A stretch of 31,196 nucleotides of DNA from a virus (IMGVR_UViG_3300020042_006035:1-31196), one strand, 5' to 3'. Positions 1 to 9,770 are shown, numbered from the stretch's first letter. A program made the numbers and translations. Notes: generated from the letters alone by a model not told the origin.

Positions 1-151
1 TTTTGACTTCGTCAACTTTGTCTATTTTTGTAACTACTACTTGAGTAACCAATGATTTGTAATAAAAAAGAATGAAGGCAAGCAGAATTATAATTAGCAC
101 TATTGTTTTTGTCTTCCTGATTTGCTCTAAAATGTACTTGATTTCATTCAT
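1..151 (-). CDS. 5' part of a single-TM membrane protein (runs off the window)
   Basis: Manual translation MNEIKYILEQIRKTKTIVLIIILLAFILFYYKSLVTQVVVTKIDKVDEVK...; one hydrophobic helix; preceded by the late promoter motif. Confidence 0.7.
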   Translation of the reverse strand, partial: MNEIKYILEQIRKTKTIVLIIILLAFILFYYKSLVTQVVVTKIDKVDEVK

Positions 152-157
152 AATTAT

Positions 158-183
158 ATAACCTTGATTTAGGGGCTTTGTTG
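158..183 (-). promoter_or_regulatory. Putative phage-sigma late promoter CAACA-N16-GTTAT (copy 1)
   Basis: Minus strand ACAACA AAGCCCCTAAATCAAG GTTATA; 6 nt between GTTAT and the ATG at 151. Confidence 0.7.
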
Positions 184-187
184 TAAA

Positions 188-337
188 TTAGATGTAGTTG
201 TTTATGATGGTTTCTTGGGCTGTTATCTCGGTTGTTACATCAGCATTTAAAACCTCATTTCCTACTCTGATTATATTTAAGTAGGTGCTTTCTACATAAG
301 TGTAAGCTCCCCTTACTTCTTGGTATACCTCTATCAT
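188..337 (-). CDS. Small hypothetical protein (49 aa), possible fibre-associated protein
   Basis: MIEVYQEVRGAYTYVESTYLNIIRVGNEVLNADVTTEITAQETIINNYI*; ATGA overlap with the upstream stop; absent from the ORF track. Confidence 0.65.
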   Translation of the reverse strand: MIEVYQEVRGAYTYVESTYLNIIRVGNEVLNADVTTEITAQETIINNYI

Positions 338-1362
338 GACACACAGTTTAATGTTAATTGACTAATATCAAAACTACAAGCGTTTGATGTCGCGCCCGAA
401 GTTCTAACCGCTTGAATCGTTATCGGTGTAGTATCACTTGGTAAATTCGTAGTGATTGACCCCTCGACTGTTACGTTGTTTTCCAACGAAGTAACTTTGT
501 AATATACAGTCATTGAATTAAATGGGTTGTACATTTCAAAAACAAAAAAATCAGTTGCTGCACTTCCTGTTCTGTTTGCAGGAAAATGAACTCCTAAATC
601 TATTTTTGTAGCTGTACCTGTTGCATCGTTATGAAATATCTGTAAGTTTGTATCTGCTGCATCCGAACCTATTCCAACTATGTTAGTCAAACTATCAACG
701 AAAACAGTAGATGAAATACCTAATAAAGTTGTTGCCGATGTCATTCCGTAGAATTGCCTTGCACCTGTATTTAAAGCCGTGTCTGAAATGCCAAATCCAA
801 CGCAAAACCTCCAACCCATATCAATAATGTTAAAAGCACTTGTTGACCTGTACCCACACACACCATTCGCTGCAGGAGTTGAAACGCCAATTTTTAAACG
901 TGTTTTTTTCGTTTGCATGGAAGTTGTTGTCACTGCTACTGCTGTAGCCGTACCCTGTAAAGTACCAACCGCAATATTTTCAGAAAGCACCGTTGTTGAA
1001 TTGTGTTGCGCTCTGTAGCCACGTGCAATTTCTGAACTTGCTACATTCCAATAACCAGTGATTACAAGTTTAGCGTCAATTTGATTTTCGACCGCTTGAG
1101 TTGTTGGATACTTAGTGTTATTTAAGGTTGTGAAATTTGTCGCTTTATTTGCTAACAGTTCAAAATCTGCAACGTTGTAAATAATTTCCGAAATCCCACT
1201 TAATGTACGCGTGTATATCTTCCCATTTGCAGTATTCATGTAGAATTCACCAATGTATAAATCAGTGTACAACCATGTACCATCCCTATGGTCTGATGTT
1301 GCAGGAATAGTGGCAATGCCTGACCCTTTTTTTATTACAATTCTCTTTGTTATATCGCTCAT
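334..1362 (-). CDS. Putative tail fibre / receptor-binding protein
   Basis: T/S/G/A-rich, beta-rich C-terminal domain; fibre-type motif 'TKYPTTQAVENQID'; lies in the distal structural module. Confidence 0.55.
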   Translation of the reverse strand: MSDITKRIVIKKGSGIATIPATSDHRDGTWLYTDLYIGEFYMNTANGKIYTRTLSGISEIIYNVADFELLANKATNFTTLNNTKYPTTQAVENQIDAKLVITGYWNVASSEIARGYRAQHNSTTVLSENIAVGTLQGTATAVAVTTTSMQTKKTRLKIGVSTPAANGVCGYRSTSAFNIIDMGWRFCVGFGISDTALNTGARQFYGMTSATTLLGISSTVFVDSLTNIVGIGSDAADTNLQIFHNDATGTATKIDLGVHFPANRTGSAATDFFVFEMYNPFNSMTVYYKVTSLENNVTVEGSITTNLPSDTTPITIQAVRTSGATSNACSFDISQLTLNCVS

Positions 1363-1589
1363 AAATTGTATATATCTGAATTAATACTCGCACCAACGCC
1401 ACCTGTTAAGCTGTAAACATCCTCATCTGCACCAACGCCACCAAATAAAACACCGTTATCCTCGTCACTTAAATTTGTAACAAGTATTTTTTTAGGTATG
1501 TCGCTATCAATAGGTTGTATAAATAAAGAGTCACTATCCAATGCGGTAGTGACTTCTTTAAATCTTATAAATGAAGGTGTTAAGCTCAT
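1359..1589 (-). CDS. Small virion/fibre-associated protein
   Basis: 76 aa, coupled to neighbours on both sides; GGVGA repeated twice at the C-terminus. Confidence 0.5.
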   Translation of the reverse strand: MSLTPSFIRFKEVTTALDSDSLFIQPIDSDIPKKILVTNLSDEDNGVLFGGVGADEDVYSLTGGVGASINSDIYNL

Positions 1590-2305
1590 TATAATGCTAA
1601 ATTACCAAACACATACGCTTCAGTAGCTGAAATAAACAGAATTGTAGCACTTGAATACTGAGTATTGATCTTTAGTTTGCCACCGTCACTTCTTAACGTT
1701 ACACCAGAACCAGCAATTGTAGTTTGACCTGCGCCATATTGTGTAACCAAAACCTGTTGACCTGCTGTAAAAACTCCAGAAGGCACCGTCAAAGTGTTAG
1801 CAGTTGCCTTGTTCATTTCAATACACTCACCGTTATCAGCAGCTACAAGCGTGTAAGAATCCGTTTTGCGGTCTAATATTAAATCAATTACTTTTTGTTG
1901 TGTGTACGTTGCCCAACTTGTACCATTCCATCTGTAGGTAGTGTTGTTTTTAACTCCCGTTACCAATGTGCCAACCGTTGCCGCTGAGTTCTGTAATACA
2001 TACGCCCAAAATGTACCGTCCCATTCAATTACACCTGCATACGTTCCACTTGCAAATAGATATCTATCTCCAATCGTTGGCGAAACAGGGACCTCTGTTA
2101 TTCTATCTAACACGGTAATCCCGTAATCAACACCAACCCCTACTTCTTTAATAGAACCATCAGCATGGTATTTTAAACGCCCATCAATGTAATGGATCGT
2201 TCCATTTTCTTTTACTATTCCGCTTTCAGAAGTCAACACATCTGGTTGCACCTTCCATGTTGCATTATTAATAGTTTGCGTAGTGTCAATCTGTGTAACT
2301 GCCAT
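1589..2305 (-). CDS. Tail fibre/adsorption protein with DUF2793-like segment
   Basis: 'VLDRITEVPVSPTIGDRY...IEWDGTFW...YRWNGTSW' resembles DUF2793; C-terminal 'SYTLVAADNG...GAGQTTI' beta-module typical of phage fibres. Confidence 0.55.
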   Translation of the reverse strand: MAVTQIDTTQTINNATWKVQPDVLTSESGIVKENGTIHYIDGRLKYHADGSIKEVGVGVDYGITVLDRITEVPVSPTIGDRYLFASGTYAGVIEWDGTFWAYVLQNSAATVGTLVTGVKNNTTYRWNGTSWATYTQQKVIDLILDRKTDSYTLVAADNGECIEMNKATANTLTVPSGVFTAGQQVLVTQYGAGQTTIAGSGVTLRSDGGKLKINTQYSSATILFISATEAYVFGNLAL

Positions 2306-2307
2306 AA

Positions 2308-2874
2308 TTATATTTGTTTTAAAAGTTCCTTAATTTCGTTTATTATATCCTCGTGGCTTTCAGCTTCAAGTTGGTCTAAGCCGTCAAACTTCCCTTCAAT
2401 ACTAAACCCTTTGAATTTACCATCTTTAATTTGTTGCCAAACCTCTTCATTGTAAACTTTCATCTTAACAACCCATGAGCCTTTAACAGCATTCAAATTG
2501 TAAAGGTTAGATTTATCGTGTTTCTCGTCTTCAACTATCCAACTTTCGATTAAGCTAACACCCTCAACATTGTGGTCATGGTCAACTGTTACGTTGTTGT
2601 TGTAATTCTTTTTTAAGTAAAGTTCTTGAACCTTAGCGATTGTTTCCTCACTAAATGAGATCGTAAACTCTTTATCCTTAATTCGTCTTAAAATCTGTTT
2701 ATGTGGTACTAATGCAAGCCCCACAACTTCACGTTTTTCATCGTTGGTAACTTGCAACTCAACACTAATTTCACTTAGAAAAATAAAATCTTCCTCAATA
2801 GCGGGTTTATCTACTAATGAAATAGCAAACACCCCTTGGTCATCGTCTTTAATTGTTAGCTCTATATTCTGCAT
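2308..2874 (-). CDS. XkdF-like putative prohead serine protease
   Basis: 'AISLVDKPAIEEDF', 'EKREVVGLALVP', 'VDHD', 'ESWIVED', 'GSWVVKMKV', 'GKFKGFSIEG' match PBSX XkdF/peptidase S78-like proteins. Confidence 0.8.
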   Translation of the reverse strand: MQNIELTIKDDDQGVFAISLVDKPAIEEDFIFLSEISVELQVTNDEKREVVGLALVPHKQILRRIKDKEFTISFSEETIAKVQELYLKKNYNNNVTVDHDHNVEGVSLIESWIVEDEKHDKSNLYNLNAVKGSWVVKMKVYNEEVWQQIKDGKFKGFSIEGKFDGLDQLEAESHEDIINEIKELLKQI

Positions 2875-2880
2875 ACTTTT

Positions 2881-2906
2881 ATAACTTAATTTTGATTAAA
2901 ATGTTG
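2881..2906 (-). promoter_or_regulatory. Putative late promoter CAACA-N16-GTTAT (copy 2)
   Basis: GCAACA TTTTAATCAAAATTAA GTTATA; 6 nt before the protease ATG; the -35 part overlaps the end of the tape measure gene. Confidence 0.7.
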
Positions 2907-4596
2907 CATTTCTTACTCTATTACGGTCTAATGCTTGTGCTGTCGATACTTCACCACTTACCACATAGGCTTTAACAGGTTGCTGTTGCAACGCTCCTAA
3001 CTGCATTTGTGGTTGAGCTTGTATAATGTCAAATGACGGTGTACGTGGTGCGCTTGCTGTGGGAGTAGCTCCACCACCGCCACTGCTCTGAAATTGTGTG
3101 TTAGCTATCTTTGCGATGTTTAAAGCTCCTAATGTACCTACTAAACCTGCCTGTATAATTTGCGCTCCAGGGAATAAAGGTACTTGAGTTAATGCAGCTG
3201 TAACCCCTTGAGCAGTATTGACAATTGCATTCCCTAAACTTGCAGCTTTGTTTAATTGAAATGCTTTGCGTTGGTCTGCTTCGTTGCCTTGAGCGAATAG
3301 TTCTGCAACACTTCCCAACACATCAAAAGACATTCGTGTTAACTCAATCTTTTTATCATTTTTTTGTTGTTCAAGTTGCTCTTCTTTTTCTATTCTTTTA
3401 TTTAAATCTTTTACTAACTCCTCGTTTGTTTCTTTATTTATTTGTATTATTAAATCTTTTCTTCTTTGTTCTCTTTCTCTTTCTTTTTTTAACTGATTCT
3501 CAACATTTACAGGTTTTAACCTTATGTTTTCAGAGTCCTCTAAGTCTTGAGCTTGTTTCTTTGCAAATTCGTCTTTTTTCTTTTGTAATTCTTGTTCTTT
3601 TTTTAAGTTTTCCTCTAAGTTGTTGTATGATTCTTTAAAACCCTCTTTCTGTTTTGTTAGTGTAGATATGTTAAGCTCTTCTTGTTTTAATTTTAGCTCA
3701 TCATTTTGGTCTTTTTTAGCTTTTAAAATAGCATTTCTTTGCGTTTGTAAGTCCTTGTACTCTTTATTTAAAGCTTTTGCCCTGTCCCAATCTTCATCCA
3801 CATAAGCCTCGATATACATATTTCGCTTGTCTTTAAGCAATTTATCAAGCTCTGCAACCGTTCTTTTCTGTACTTCTACACGTTCTTTATTACCTTTTTT
3901 CTCAATGTTTAATAAATCTTGTTCACTTGCACCTCTTGCACGTGCTAAACGTAACTCAGCTGCTGTGTTTTTATCTATTTGTTCAGTGTTTCTTTGATAT
4001 TTTATGTTAGCTTTATCAATTTCGCTATTCAAAGCATTTTGTCGACGCTCTAATTCCTTAGTACCGTCAATCCATTCCATTATTTTAGGTAATAGAAACC
4101 CGATAGTAACCACTAAAGCCCCTATTCCCGTAGCAATTAACGCACCCTTTAACGTAGCGAATGCTGCTACAACTTGGTTTTTAACAACTGAAGCTAACTG
4201 AATAAATGAATCCTTTGCTCCTCCTAAAGCTTGCAACCCCTCAGCTAAAGCCATTGCGCTTTGAACTTTTAAAAGTTGCTCTTCTACCTTCTTACTTTCA
4301 ACACCAACTAAACCTAAAGCTCCCTGATAAGCAGCGAAACCACTCGCAACACCCCCCAACGATGAAGATAAAGCTTTGAATTTCGCATCTGGATTAAAGG
4401 CATCTGTTAAGGCTTTTGCATCTTCTATTTGGTCTTTTAGTTCCGCTGCTCTTTTCGCCGCATTTGCCGCCTCTCTTGACGTTGCACCAAACTGCTCCGA
4501 TAACTTTGCAACTTCCGCTTGTGCCTCTCGTAATTGTGATTTAAGCGAGCCTAAATTGTTCTTTACCTCTAATTCAATTATTTTCTTTTCTGCCAT
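2896..4596 (-). CDS. Tail tape measure protein
   Basis: 566 aa helical/coiled-coil, Ala/Gly-rich hydrophobic segments ('ALIATGIGALVV'), K/E-rich middle, C-terminal 'PVKAYVVSGEVSTAQALDR'. Confidence 0.8.
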   Translation of the reverse strand: MAEKKIIELEVKNNLGSLKSQLREAQAEVAKLSEQFGATSREAANAAKRAAELKDQIEDAKALTDAFNPDAKFKALSSSLGGVASGFAAYQGALGLVGVESKKVEEQLLKVQSAMALAEGLQALGGAKDSFIQLASVVKNQVVAAFATLKGALIATGIGALVVTIGFLLPKIMEWIDGTKELERRQNALNSEIDKANIKYQRNTEQIDKNTAAELRLARARGASEQDLLNIEKKGNKERVEVQKRTVAELDKLLKDKRNMYIEAYVDEDWDRAKALNKEYKDLQTQRNAILKAKKDQNDELKLKQEELNISTLTKQKEGFKESYNNLEENLKKEQELQKKKDEFAKKQAQDLEDSENIRLKPVNVENQLKKEREREQRRKDLIIQINKETNEELVKDLNKRIEKEEQLEQQKNDKKIELTRMSFDVLGSVAELFAQGNEADQRKAFQLNKAASLGNAIVNTAQGVTAALTQVPLFPGAQIIQAGLVGTLGALNIAKIANTQFQSSGGGGATPTASAPRTPSFDIIQAQPQMQLGALQQQPVKAYVVSGEVSTAQALDRNRVRNATF

Positions 4597-4750
4597 TTGT
4601 AGCTTGTTTTAAGTATAACTCTCTTTTAGCTTGTTTGTAGCTTTCACGAACCGAATTAGTAAGTTTATATTTCCCTTTAGCGATGTCGATAATTTCGCTT
4701 TGACCGTAAAAATCATTTGACTTCAATAGTTGTATAATTGTATTAAGCAT
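4574..4750 (-). CDS. Small hypothetical protein (58 aa)
   Basis: MLNTIIQLLKSNDFYGQSEIIDIAKGKYKLTNSVRESYKQAKRELYLKQATNGRKENN*; fills the gap and overlaps both neighbours; absent from the ORF track. Confidence 0.7.
   Translation of the reverse strand: MLNTIIQLLKSNDFYGQSEIIDIAKGKYKLTNSVRESYKQAKRELYLKQATNGRKENN
4615..4640 (-). promoter_or_regulatory. One-mismatch variant of the late promoter (CTACA-N16-GTTAT)
   Basis: GCTACA AACAAGCTAAAAGAGA GTTATA; 18 nt upstream of the tape measure ATG. Confidence 0.4.
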
Positions 4751-6971
4751 CTTGATAAATTGTTAAATAAGGTTCTCCGTTTCTTGTTATTGGCCACTGT
4801 ACAGGAATACCACTTGTATTTGGTGCGATTATAATATTTTGTAATGAATCTATAAGACTCGCGTATGTAGTGCTATTTATTGTAGATGTACCAGGGTCAT
4901 ATTCGTTATACTCAAATAAATCATTTGGTTTTTGATTAAAAAACGGCACTTCAACTGTGTTTTGAGCAGCACTTTGAACAGGAATATTAACATTCGCTAC
5001 TGGTCTAAAATCATTAATCAATGACAAATCAACTTCACCACTTGTTAAGTTTACTTTCATTTCATTAATTACATATCGTTTGTCACGTATAATTAACCTG
5101 TCATTTAACTTTAGTGATGTCAATAATGAAATTGGAAATAATGCTTTAACGTTTGTTAGTCTGTTTTTAGAATTGAACAAGTTTTGTAAGTATTCAGCGT
5201 AATACTGAGAGTACAAAGTATTTGTTATTGTCACACCATTAAATGCACTACCTTCTACTGAAAAATGATTTGAAAACAAAGCGTTGTTGTATGTTATTTG
5301 ATTTGTTAAAGGCATATATTGAGTTCTTAATGCAGTTGTAACACCATTATTAAAATAAAACGATACTCCTGTTTTTAAAGCGTCTAAATATAAAAGTATA
5401 GGCTTATTATCATAACTATCTACAGATGTAACTTCACTTAATAAATGAGCGTATGGAGGTTCAGCTGTATTACTCAACACTTCTTTAGTAAAATAAATAT
5501 TTTCAAATGGAACATCAATTTTATAATCCCCACCATCGTAATTTGGAAACGATTCTTTTACACTTCCAAACTCTCTAATCGTATTATTTTTTTCGTTAAA
5601 ATATTCTTTATTGTTAAAACTTTCAGACTTTTCATAATCAAATGATATTTCCTTGTGAAGTTTATGTCGTTCAATTGTAATTTCATCCGTGTCAACATAT
5701 TCCGTAACATCTATAACCGCTCCCTTTGTATACCAATCATCCAACGGCTCTACTTGAAAGTTGTCTACTGATGTAGCGTAACAAGTAAGATTAAACATTT
5801 TAAATATTCCACTAACAAAGTCGCTAATCTTCATGTTAGGCGCATACACCGATGGATCAATATAAGGATTTGAAAGTGTTATACTTCCACTGTTTCCTGT
5901 TTCACTTTGTGCGTTACCTTCTGTGCCTGTATTAGGATTATAATTTCTATATCCTAAAGTAAAAAAAATAGTTGCTATCCCACCTATAACAGAACGAACT
6001 TTAAATTCTAATTTGTTTGCTCCTACCAATAAAGAAGATGAAAAAACACTCGTAGGACTGCCTGATTTTATCTCAGTTGTTTTTACTACTTGACCGTTTA
6101 ATACTGCATCTACATATATTTTCATTCCCGGTGTGCCACTTGTAAAACTTGATGTTACACCAATACCCGAAGCGTTTAGTAAATCCATGTAGGTCGAATA
6201 AATACGCGCGCCTACTATTCCTGTAAAAGATATGTTTTGTGTTTCGCTTAATGCTTCAAATGTCTTTGCATTCTTTAACCATAAATATAAATCTGTAAAT
6301 ACTTTTTGATTGAAAAAATTAGAGTCAAATGTTACACCATATTTTGTTTCGATTGCTTCAAATATTCTTTTTACACGTAATGCAGGAAATAACTCATTGT
6401 AATAAATCGCGCCTGTTATTGTATCTATATCAGTGTTCGCACCAATTCCATAAGTCCATTGTCGTTTAGATGAAATCAAAGGATAACGAATATCTGAATC
6501 TGTTGCGTTTACTAATTTTGTTCTAACTATTTCACCATTGTAAACATGACCATAACTGCTGAGATTTAAATCCTTTAAGCTATCATCACCAAACTTATCT
6601 TTAAGGCTCGTTAAATCTCCGTAAAACGTTATTGAATAGCTTTCAACACGTCCTTTAACAACGTTTGAACTTTCGATTGATATTTTACCACTCCTAAATG
6701 GTATCGTTCCTATTTCTATAAATCCGTTGCGCTTAATGTTAGGATTATCATTTGCATCTACATCCGATTGATAAAAGTGTTCAAACAGTCTATTATTACG
6801 TGGTGATGCAGGAATAGTAAACGACTGAGTAAAGTCAGTGTAAACCTTTGCAAGGTCTTGAATGTTTTGAATCGAGCTATTAATCTGAATCTCTTCATCG
6901 TTAAACAACTCTAACTTTTCATAGTTATTTGAATCCGTAATAACTTCTATGTATACGTCTACCTTTCTCAT
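4743..6971 (-). CDS. Large tail tip/baseplate hub-like structural protein
   Basis: 742 aa; N-terminal 'LELFNDEEIQINSSIQNIQDLAKVYTDFTQSFTIPAS' typical of Bacteroidota phage tail proteins; adjacent to the tape measure gene. Confidence 0.6.
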   Translation of the reverse strand: MRKVDVYIEVITDSNNYEKLELFNDEEIQINSSIQNIQDLAKVYTDFTQSFTIPASPRNNRLFEHFYQSDVDANDNPNIKRNGFIEIGTIPFRSGKISIESSNVVKGRVESYSITFYGDLTSLKDKFGDDSLKDLNLSSYGHVYNGEIVRTKLVNATDSDIRYPLISSKRQWTYGIGANTDIDTITGAIYYNELFPALRVKRIFEAIETKYGVTFDSNFFNQKVFTDLYLWLKNAKTFEALSETQNISFTGIVGARIYSTYMDLLNASGIGVTSSFTSGTPGMKIYVDAVLNGQVVKTTEIKSGSPTSVFSSSLLVGANKLEFKVRSVIGGIATIFFTLGYRNYNPNTGTEGNAQSETGNSGSITLSNPYIDPSVYAPNMKISDFVSGIFKMFNLTCYATSVDNFQVEPLDDWYTKGAVIDVTEYVDTDEITIERHKLHKEISFDYEKSESFNNKEYFNEKNNTIREFGSVKESFPNYDGGDYKIDVPFENIYFTKEVLSNTAEPPYAHLLSEVTSVDSYDNKPILLYLDALKTGVSFYFNNGVTTALRTQYMPLTNQITYNNALFSNHFSVEGSAFNGVTITNTLYSQYYAEYLQNLFNSKNRLTNVKALFPISLLTSLKLNDRLIIRDKRYVINEMKVNLTSGEVDLSLINDFRPVANVNIPVQSAAQNTVEVPFFNQKPNDLFEYNEYDPGTSTINSTTYASLIDSLQNIIIAPNTSGIPVQWPITRNGEPYLTIYQDA

Positions 6972-8005
6972 TATACAACGCTATTAATTAAGTCATACGC
7001 AAATTCAAACTCCAAACTATAATTTATTTGTTTTGTGTTTATCGACTTGTTTAGTTCAATCGACTTAGTTTTAAGTATCGCGGGCTTTTCATCTACTAAC
7101 ACTTTTTCACTTAACATCAATTGTTTTAAGTTGTCCTTAAAATCTTCTTCAACCCATCCACTATTGACCTTTATACTTTGCTTCCCGTTTTGGTTGTAAG
7201 TAGTTCTTTGCCCACCTGTTAAACTATAATTGTACGGTTGCATTAAGTTGTAATCTTTGTTAGTGACTTCGATATTATCGTTCGATGCTTTGAAAAAGAA
7301 TTCACGTTGGAACGCTCCGTGTTTATTTATGAAGTCAACTTTAACAGGCGTATACAAACACTCTTCAACAGGTTTAAAAGTCCATGTTGCTTGCATTACG
7401 TTTGAACTGTTTAATAGCTCTACAGTATACTCTTTTGTAAATTCTGAATTATAGCAGCGTGGCACGTAATAAAATCCCAAGGCTAAAGATGCACTTAAAT
7501 AAACAATACCATCGGTAACATTTGTCCATCTTATCTTATCAGATGCTGCAGCGTAAAGCATAATAAAACCAGCATTTGCTCCACTATGATAGTAATAATT
7601 TTTTTGGTCTAATAAGTAATTCCCTCCGTTATAATTAACACTATTAGAAAACTCTGAGTATCCATCAGTTGCAATATAATCAGTTGTATCTACTAATGTT
7701 TCTGTTGCTCCTACAGTCTTGTATCTCTTTACCCTAACATTAAGTTTATCAACACACGTATAACTAACCGCTGCCGTTAAACTTGTAACGTTAGTATATG
7801 CCGTGTGGTCAAAGTATTCACGAATATAAGGTGCAATGTCGTAATATGTTGTTGGAGCATTCGATGCAGGAATTGCTTTGCTAAGTGTGTAGCTTAAAGT
7901 AGGAGTTGAACCTAAAGCCCCGAAGCTGATAAACAATTCAATCTTTGTACTAACCTGACTTGCTTCATTGATACTAATAATATAAGGTGACCTTGCTCTA
8001 ATCAT
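6971..8005 (-). CDS. Tail structural protein (distal-tail-like)
   Basis: 344 aa, beta-rich, in the tail module, translationally coupled. Confidence 0.5.
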   Translation of the reverse strand: MIRARSPYIISINEASQVSTKIELFISFGALGSTPTLSYTLSKAIPASNAPTTYYDIAPYIREYFDHTAYTNVTSLTAAVSYTCVDKLNVRVKRYKTVGATETLVDTTDYIATDGYSEFSNSVNYNGGNYLLDQKNYYYHSGANAGFIMLYAAASDKIRWTNVTDGIVYLSASLALGFYYVPRCYNSEFTKEYTVELLNSSNVMQATWTFKPVEECLYTPVKVDFINKHGAFQREFFFKASNDNIEVTNKDYNLMQPYNYSLTGGQRTTYNQNGKQSIKVNSGWVEEDFKDNLKQLMLSEKVLVDEKPAILKTKSIELNKSINTKQINYSLEFEFAYDLINSVV

Positions 8006-8580
8006 TTCGGTTGTTTAATTGAGTAATTAAAAATCTTTTCTAAATCTATTTTTAAGTCGTTGACTAATTCTTGAGGTAAACGTTTGTACGCTGCTTCAAA
8101 TGGTTTAGTAAAAAACAAAGTTGGTCTTATACCTTTCGCATAAATTGACCGTGTAATTATCCACGCTGTTGCATCGTACGATAAAAATTTACCTGTAGAC
8201 TTCTTTGTTTCGGGGTCACGTTGTCTAAATTGAAATTTACGCGCCTTAACCCATCTTTGTATTCCCTCCGTTAATCCTCCTTTTGCTCCCGTTCCGCTCC
8301 CAAATTTATATGGTGACTTTGGTGCTCTTGCATTTGAACGCTTACCCCTCACCCCTTTGTCTTGATAGTTACCGTATTCCTCCATTTGGAAGTTAAGGAA
8401 GTAACCTTTAGCATAAACCTTTGCTTCACCTTTCAATGAGTTGTACAACTTTCGCGTGTTGTTGTGGCTGCCAAAAGGTGCGCGTCCTTTCGTTAAGTTA
8501 GTACGAGCCTGTTTAATTACAGACGCCTTGAATTTATCCAACGCGCCCTGTAGCCCTGACTCCCTTAAATCTGCTAACAT
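8002..8580 (-). CDS. Neck/tail-completion protein (HK97 gp10-like)
   Basis: Basic protein with 'YGNYQDKG' and 'SIYAKGIRPTLFFTKPF'; located next to the tail terminator. Confidence 0.55.
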   Translation of the reverse strand: MLADLRESGLQGALDKFKASVIKQARTNLTKGRAPFGSHNNTRKLYNSLKGEAKVYAKGYFLNFQMEEYGNYQDKGVRGKRSNARAPKSPYKFGSGTGAKGGLTEGIQRWVKARKFQFRQRDPETKKSTGKFLSYDATAWIITRSIYAKGIRPTLFFTKPFEAAYKRLPQELVNDLKIDLEKIFNYSIKQPK

Positions 8581-9032
8581 ATAGTCATTTCATTAGGCGC
8601 TAATACATCAAAGGTCATTGTCCAACCTGCAACAGCATCGGTAAACCTATCAACAAAGGGTTCACAACTTGCAGTATCGTCTAACACTTCATACCCTGCA
8701 TCGTTTATGTCTCCACGTCTTACTCTCTCAAATATTCTATTAAGTATGCTTAACGTAGTGTTTAACACATCATCCTCATTATCATTCCCCTTGTAAATAT
8801 CTGTTACATCGTCTTTACTAATATCAACTATGCTCATCATAACCAATGAAACATTATACACCGTTGTATTACCTCTAAATGCTACATCGTTAAAGATAAT
8901 GTGACACAATGGGTACATGTCTTGCTTAGCATTAGTGATTTTATCAAGGCTGCCCTTCGTTACTCGATTAACTAAAGGGTCTGCAAGTATAGAGTCATGT
9001 AATAATGTAGATAGGTTATAATAGTTTTTCAT
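8574..9032 (-). CDS. Tail terminator-like protein
   Basis: Acidic 152 aa, 'YPLCHI', 'CEPFVDRF..AVAGWTMTFDV'; position in the tail module. Confidence 0.5.
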   Translation of the reverse strand: MKNYYNLSTLLHDSILADPLVNRVTKGSLDKITNAKQDMYPLCHIIFNDVAFRGNTTVYNVSLVMMSIVDISKDDVTDIYKGNDNEDDVLNTTLSILNRIFERVRRGDINDAGYEVLDDTASCEPFVDRFTDAVAGWTMTFDVLAPNEMTIC

Positions 9033-9770
9033 GTGATCGCTTTAATTGTTTAACCTCGATTCTGCTTTTTTGTTGTTCAAAGGTTAAAAAAGTTAAGCAC
9101 TGATGAAGTTTAAGCCCTGTAACTTCGTCAAATCTTCTAATGTCTCCTTGAGCGACATGATAGATTGAGCTATACCACCCCCATTGTTTGCTGAATTGAA
9201 CATTTTCGCTATATGGGTTTTGTTCTTCATTTTCTCCAAAGAGGACAGCGTACTGCTTATTAATTCGATTCCTAAAGTCCAAAAAAAAACAGATGCAGGT
9301 AGTACAACGTCCAACGGTGCATATTTTAACACCTCTGAGTAACTTAAATCGCCCTTGTAAGGTTCTATTTCATATTTGCCCTTAACGTCTTTTACAATCG
9401 GTCTATACATTACTGCAAGTGCTTTGTGTATATTTTGAAAATCTCCGATGTTAGATTCAATATCGATGTATTCACCCCATGATATTTCCTCAAGGTCTGG
9501 AATAAATCCAAACTCCACACCGTTCAATTTAAATCTATTCTTGAACTTTGTTTTCTCGTTAAATAATTTGTCAAAGTGTTGCACCAACTCTATTACGGTC
9601 GATGCTTTCATCTTAACAACTTCCTTTAATTCAAGCCCACAAAAGATTTCAATCATCTTTTGAAATACAAACTCTTTGTCATCTGAGTTGTTCAAAGTAA
9701 CCATGTACTTTTGGTACCTATCTAAACTTATTTCGGATAGGTTAGAAGGAATATCTATTTCAATCTTCAT
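9016..9770 (-). CDS. Tail assembly chaperone, -1 frameshifted (gpGT-like) form, about 251 aa
   Basis: 0-frame to ...PASVFF, slip at G TTT TTT TTT, then -1 frame LDFRNRINKQY...KQWGWYSSIY...GDIRRFDEV...HEKLL* (ORF 9016..9282). Confidence 0.65.
9093..9770 (-). CDS. Tail assembly chaperone (gpG-like), 225 aa
   Basis: 'FGFIPDLEEISWGEYIDIE', 'AVMYRP'; contains the slippery T9 run. Confidence 0.65.
   Translation of the reverse strand: MKIEIDIPSNLSEISLDRYQKYMVTLNNSDDKEFVFQKMIEIFCGLELKEVVKMKASTVIELVQHFDKLFNEKTKFKNRFKLNGVEFGFIPDLEEISWGEYIDIESNIGDFQNIHKALAVMYRPIVKDVKGKYEIEPYKGDLSYSEVLKYAPLDVVLPASVFFWTLGIELISSTLSSLEKMKNKTHIAKMFNSANNGGGIAQSIMSLKETLEDLTKLQGLNFISA
9281..9290 (-). other. Programmed -1 ribosomal frameshift site (T TTT TTT)
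   Basis: Minus strand GTT TTT TTT TGG; nine T's; the -1 frame stays open for 88 codons. Confidence 0.7.

Noticed and set aside
3340-3720. Low-complexity T-rich tract as a repeat element
   Set aside because: Explained by the K/E/Q-rich coiled coil of the tape measure protein
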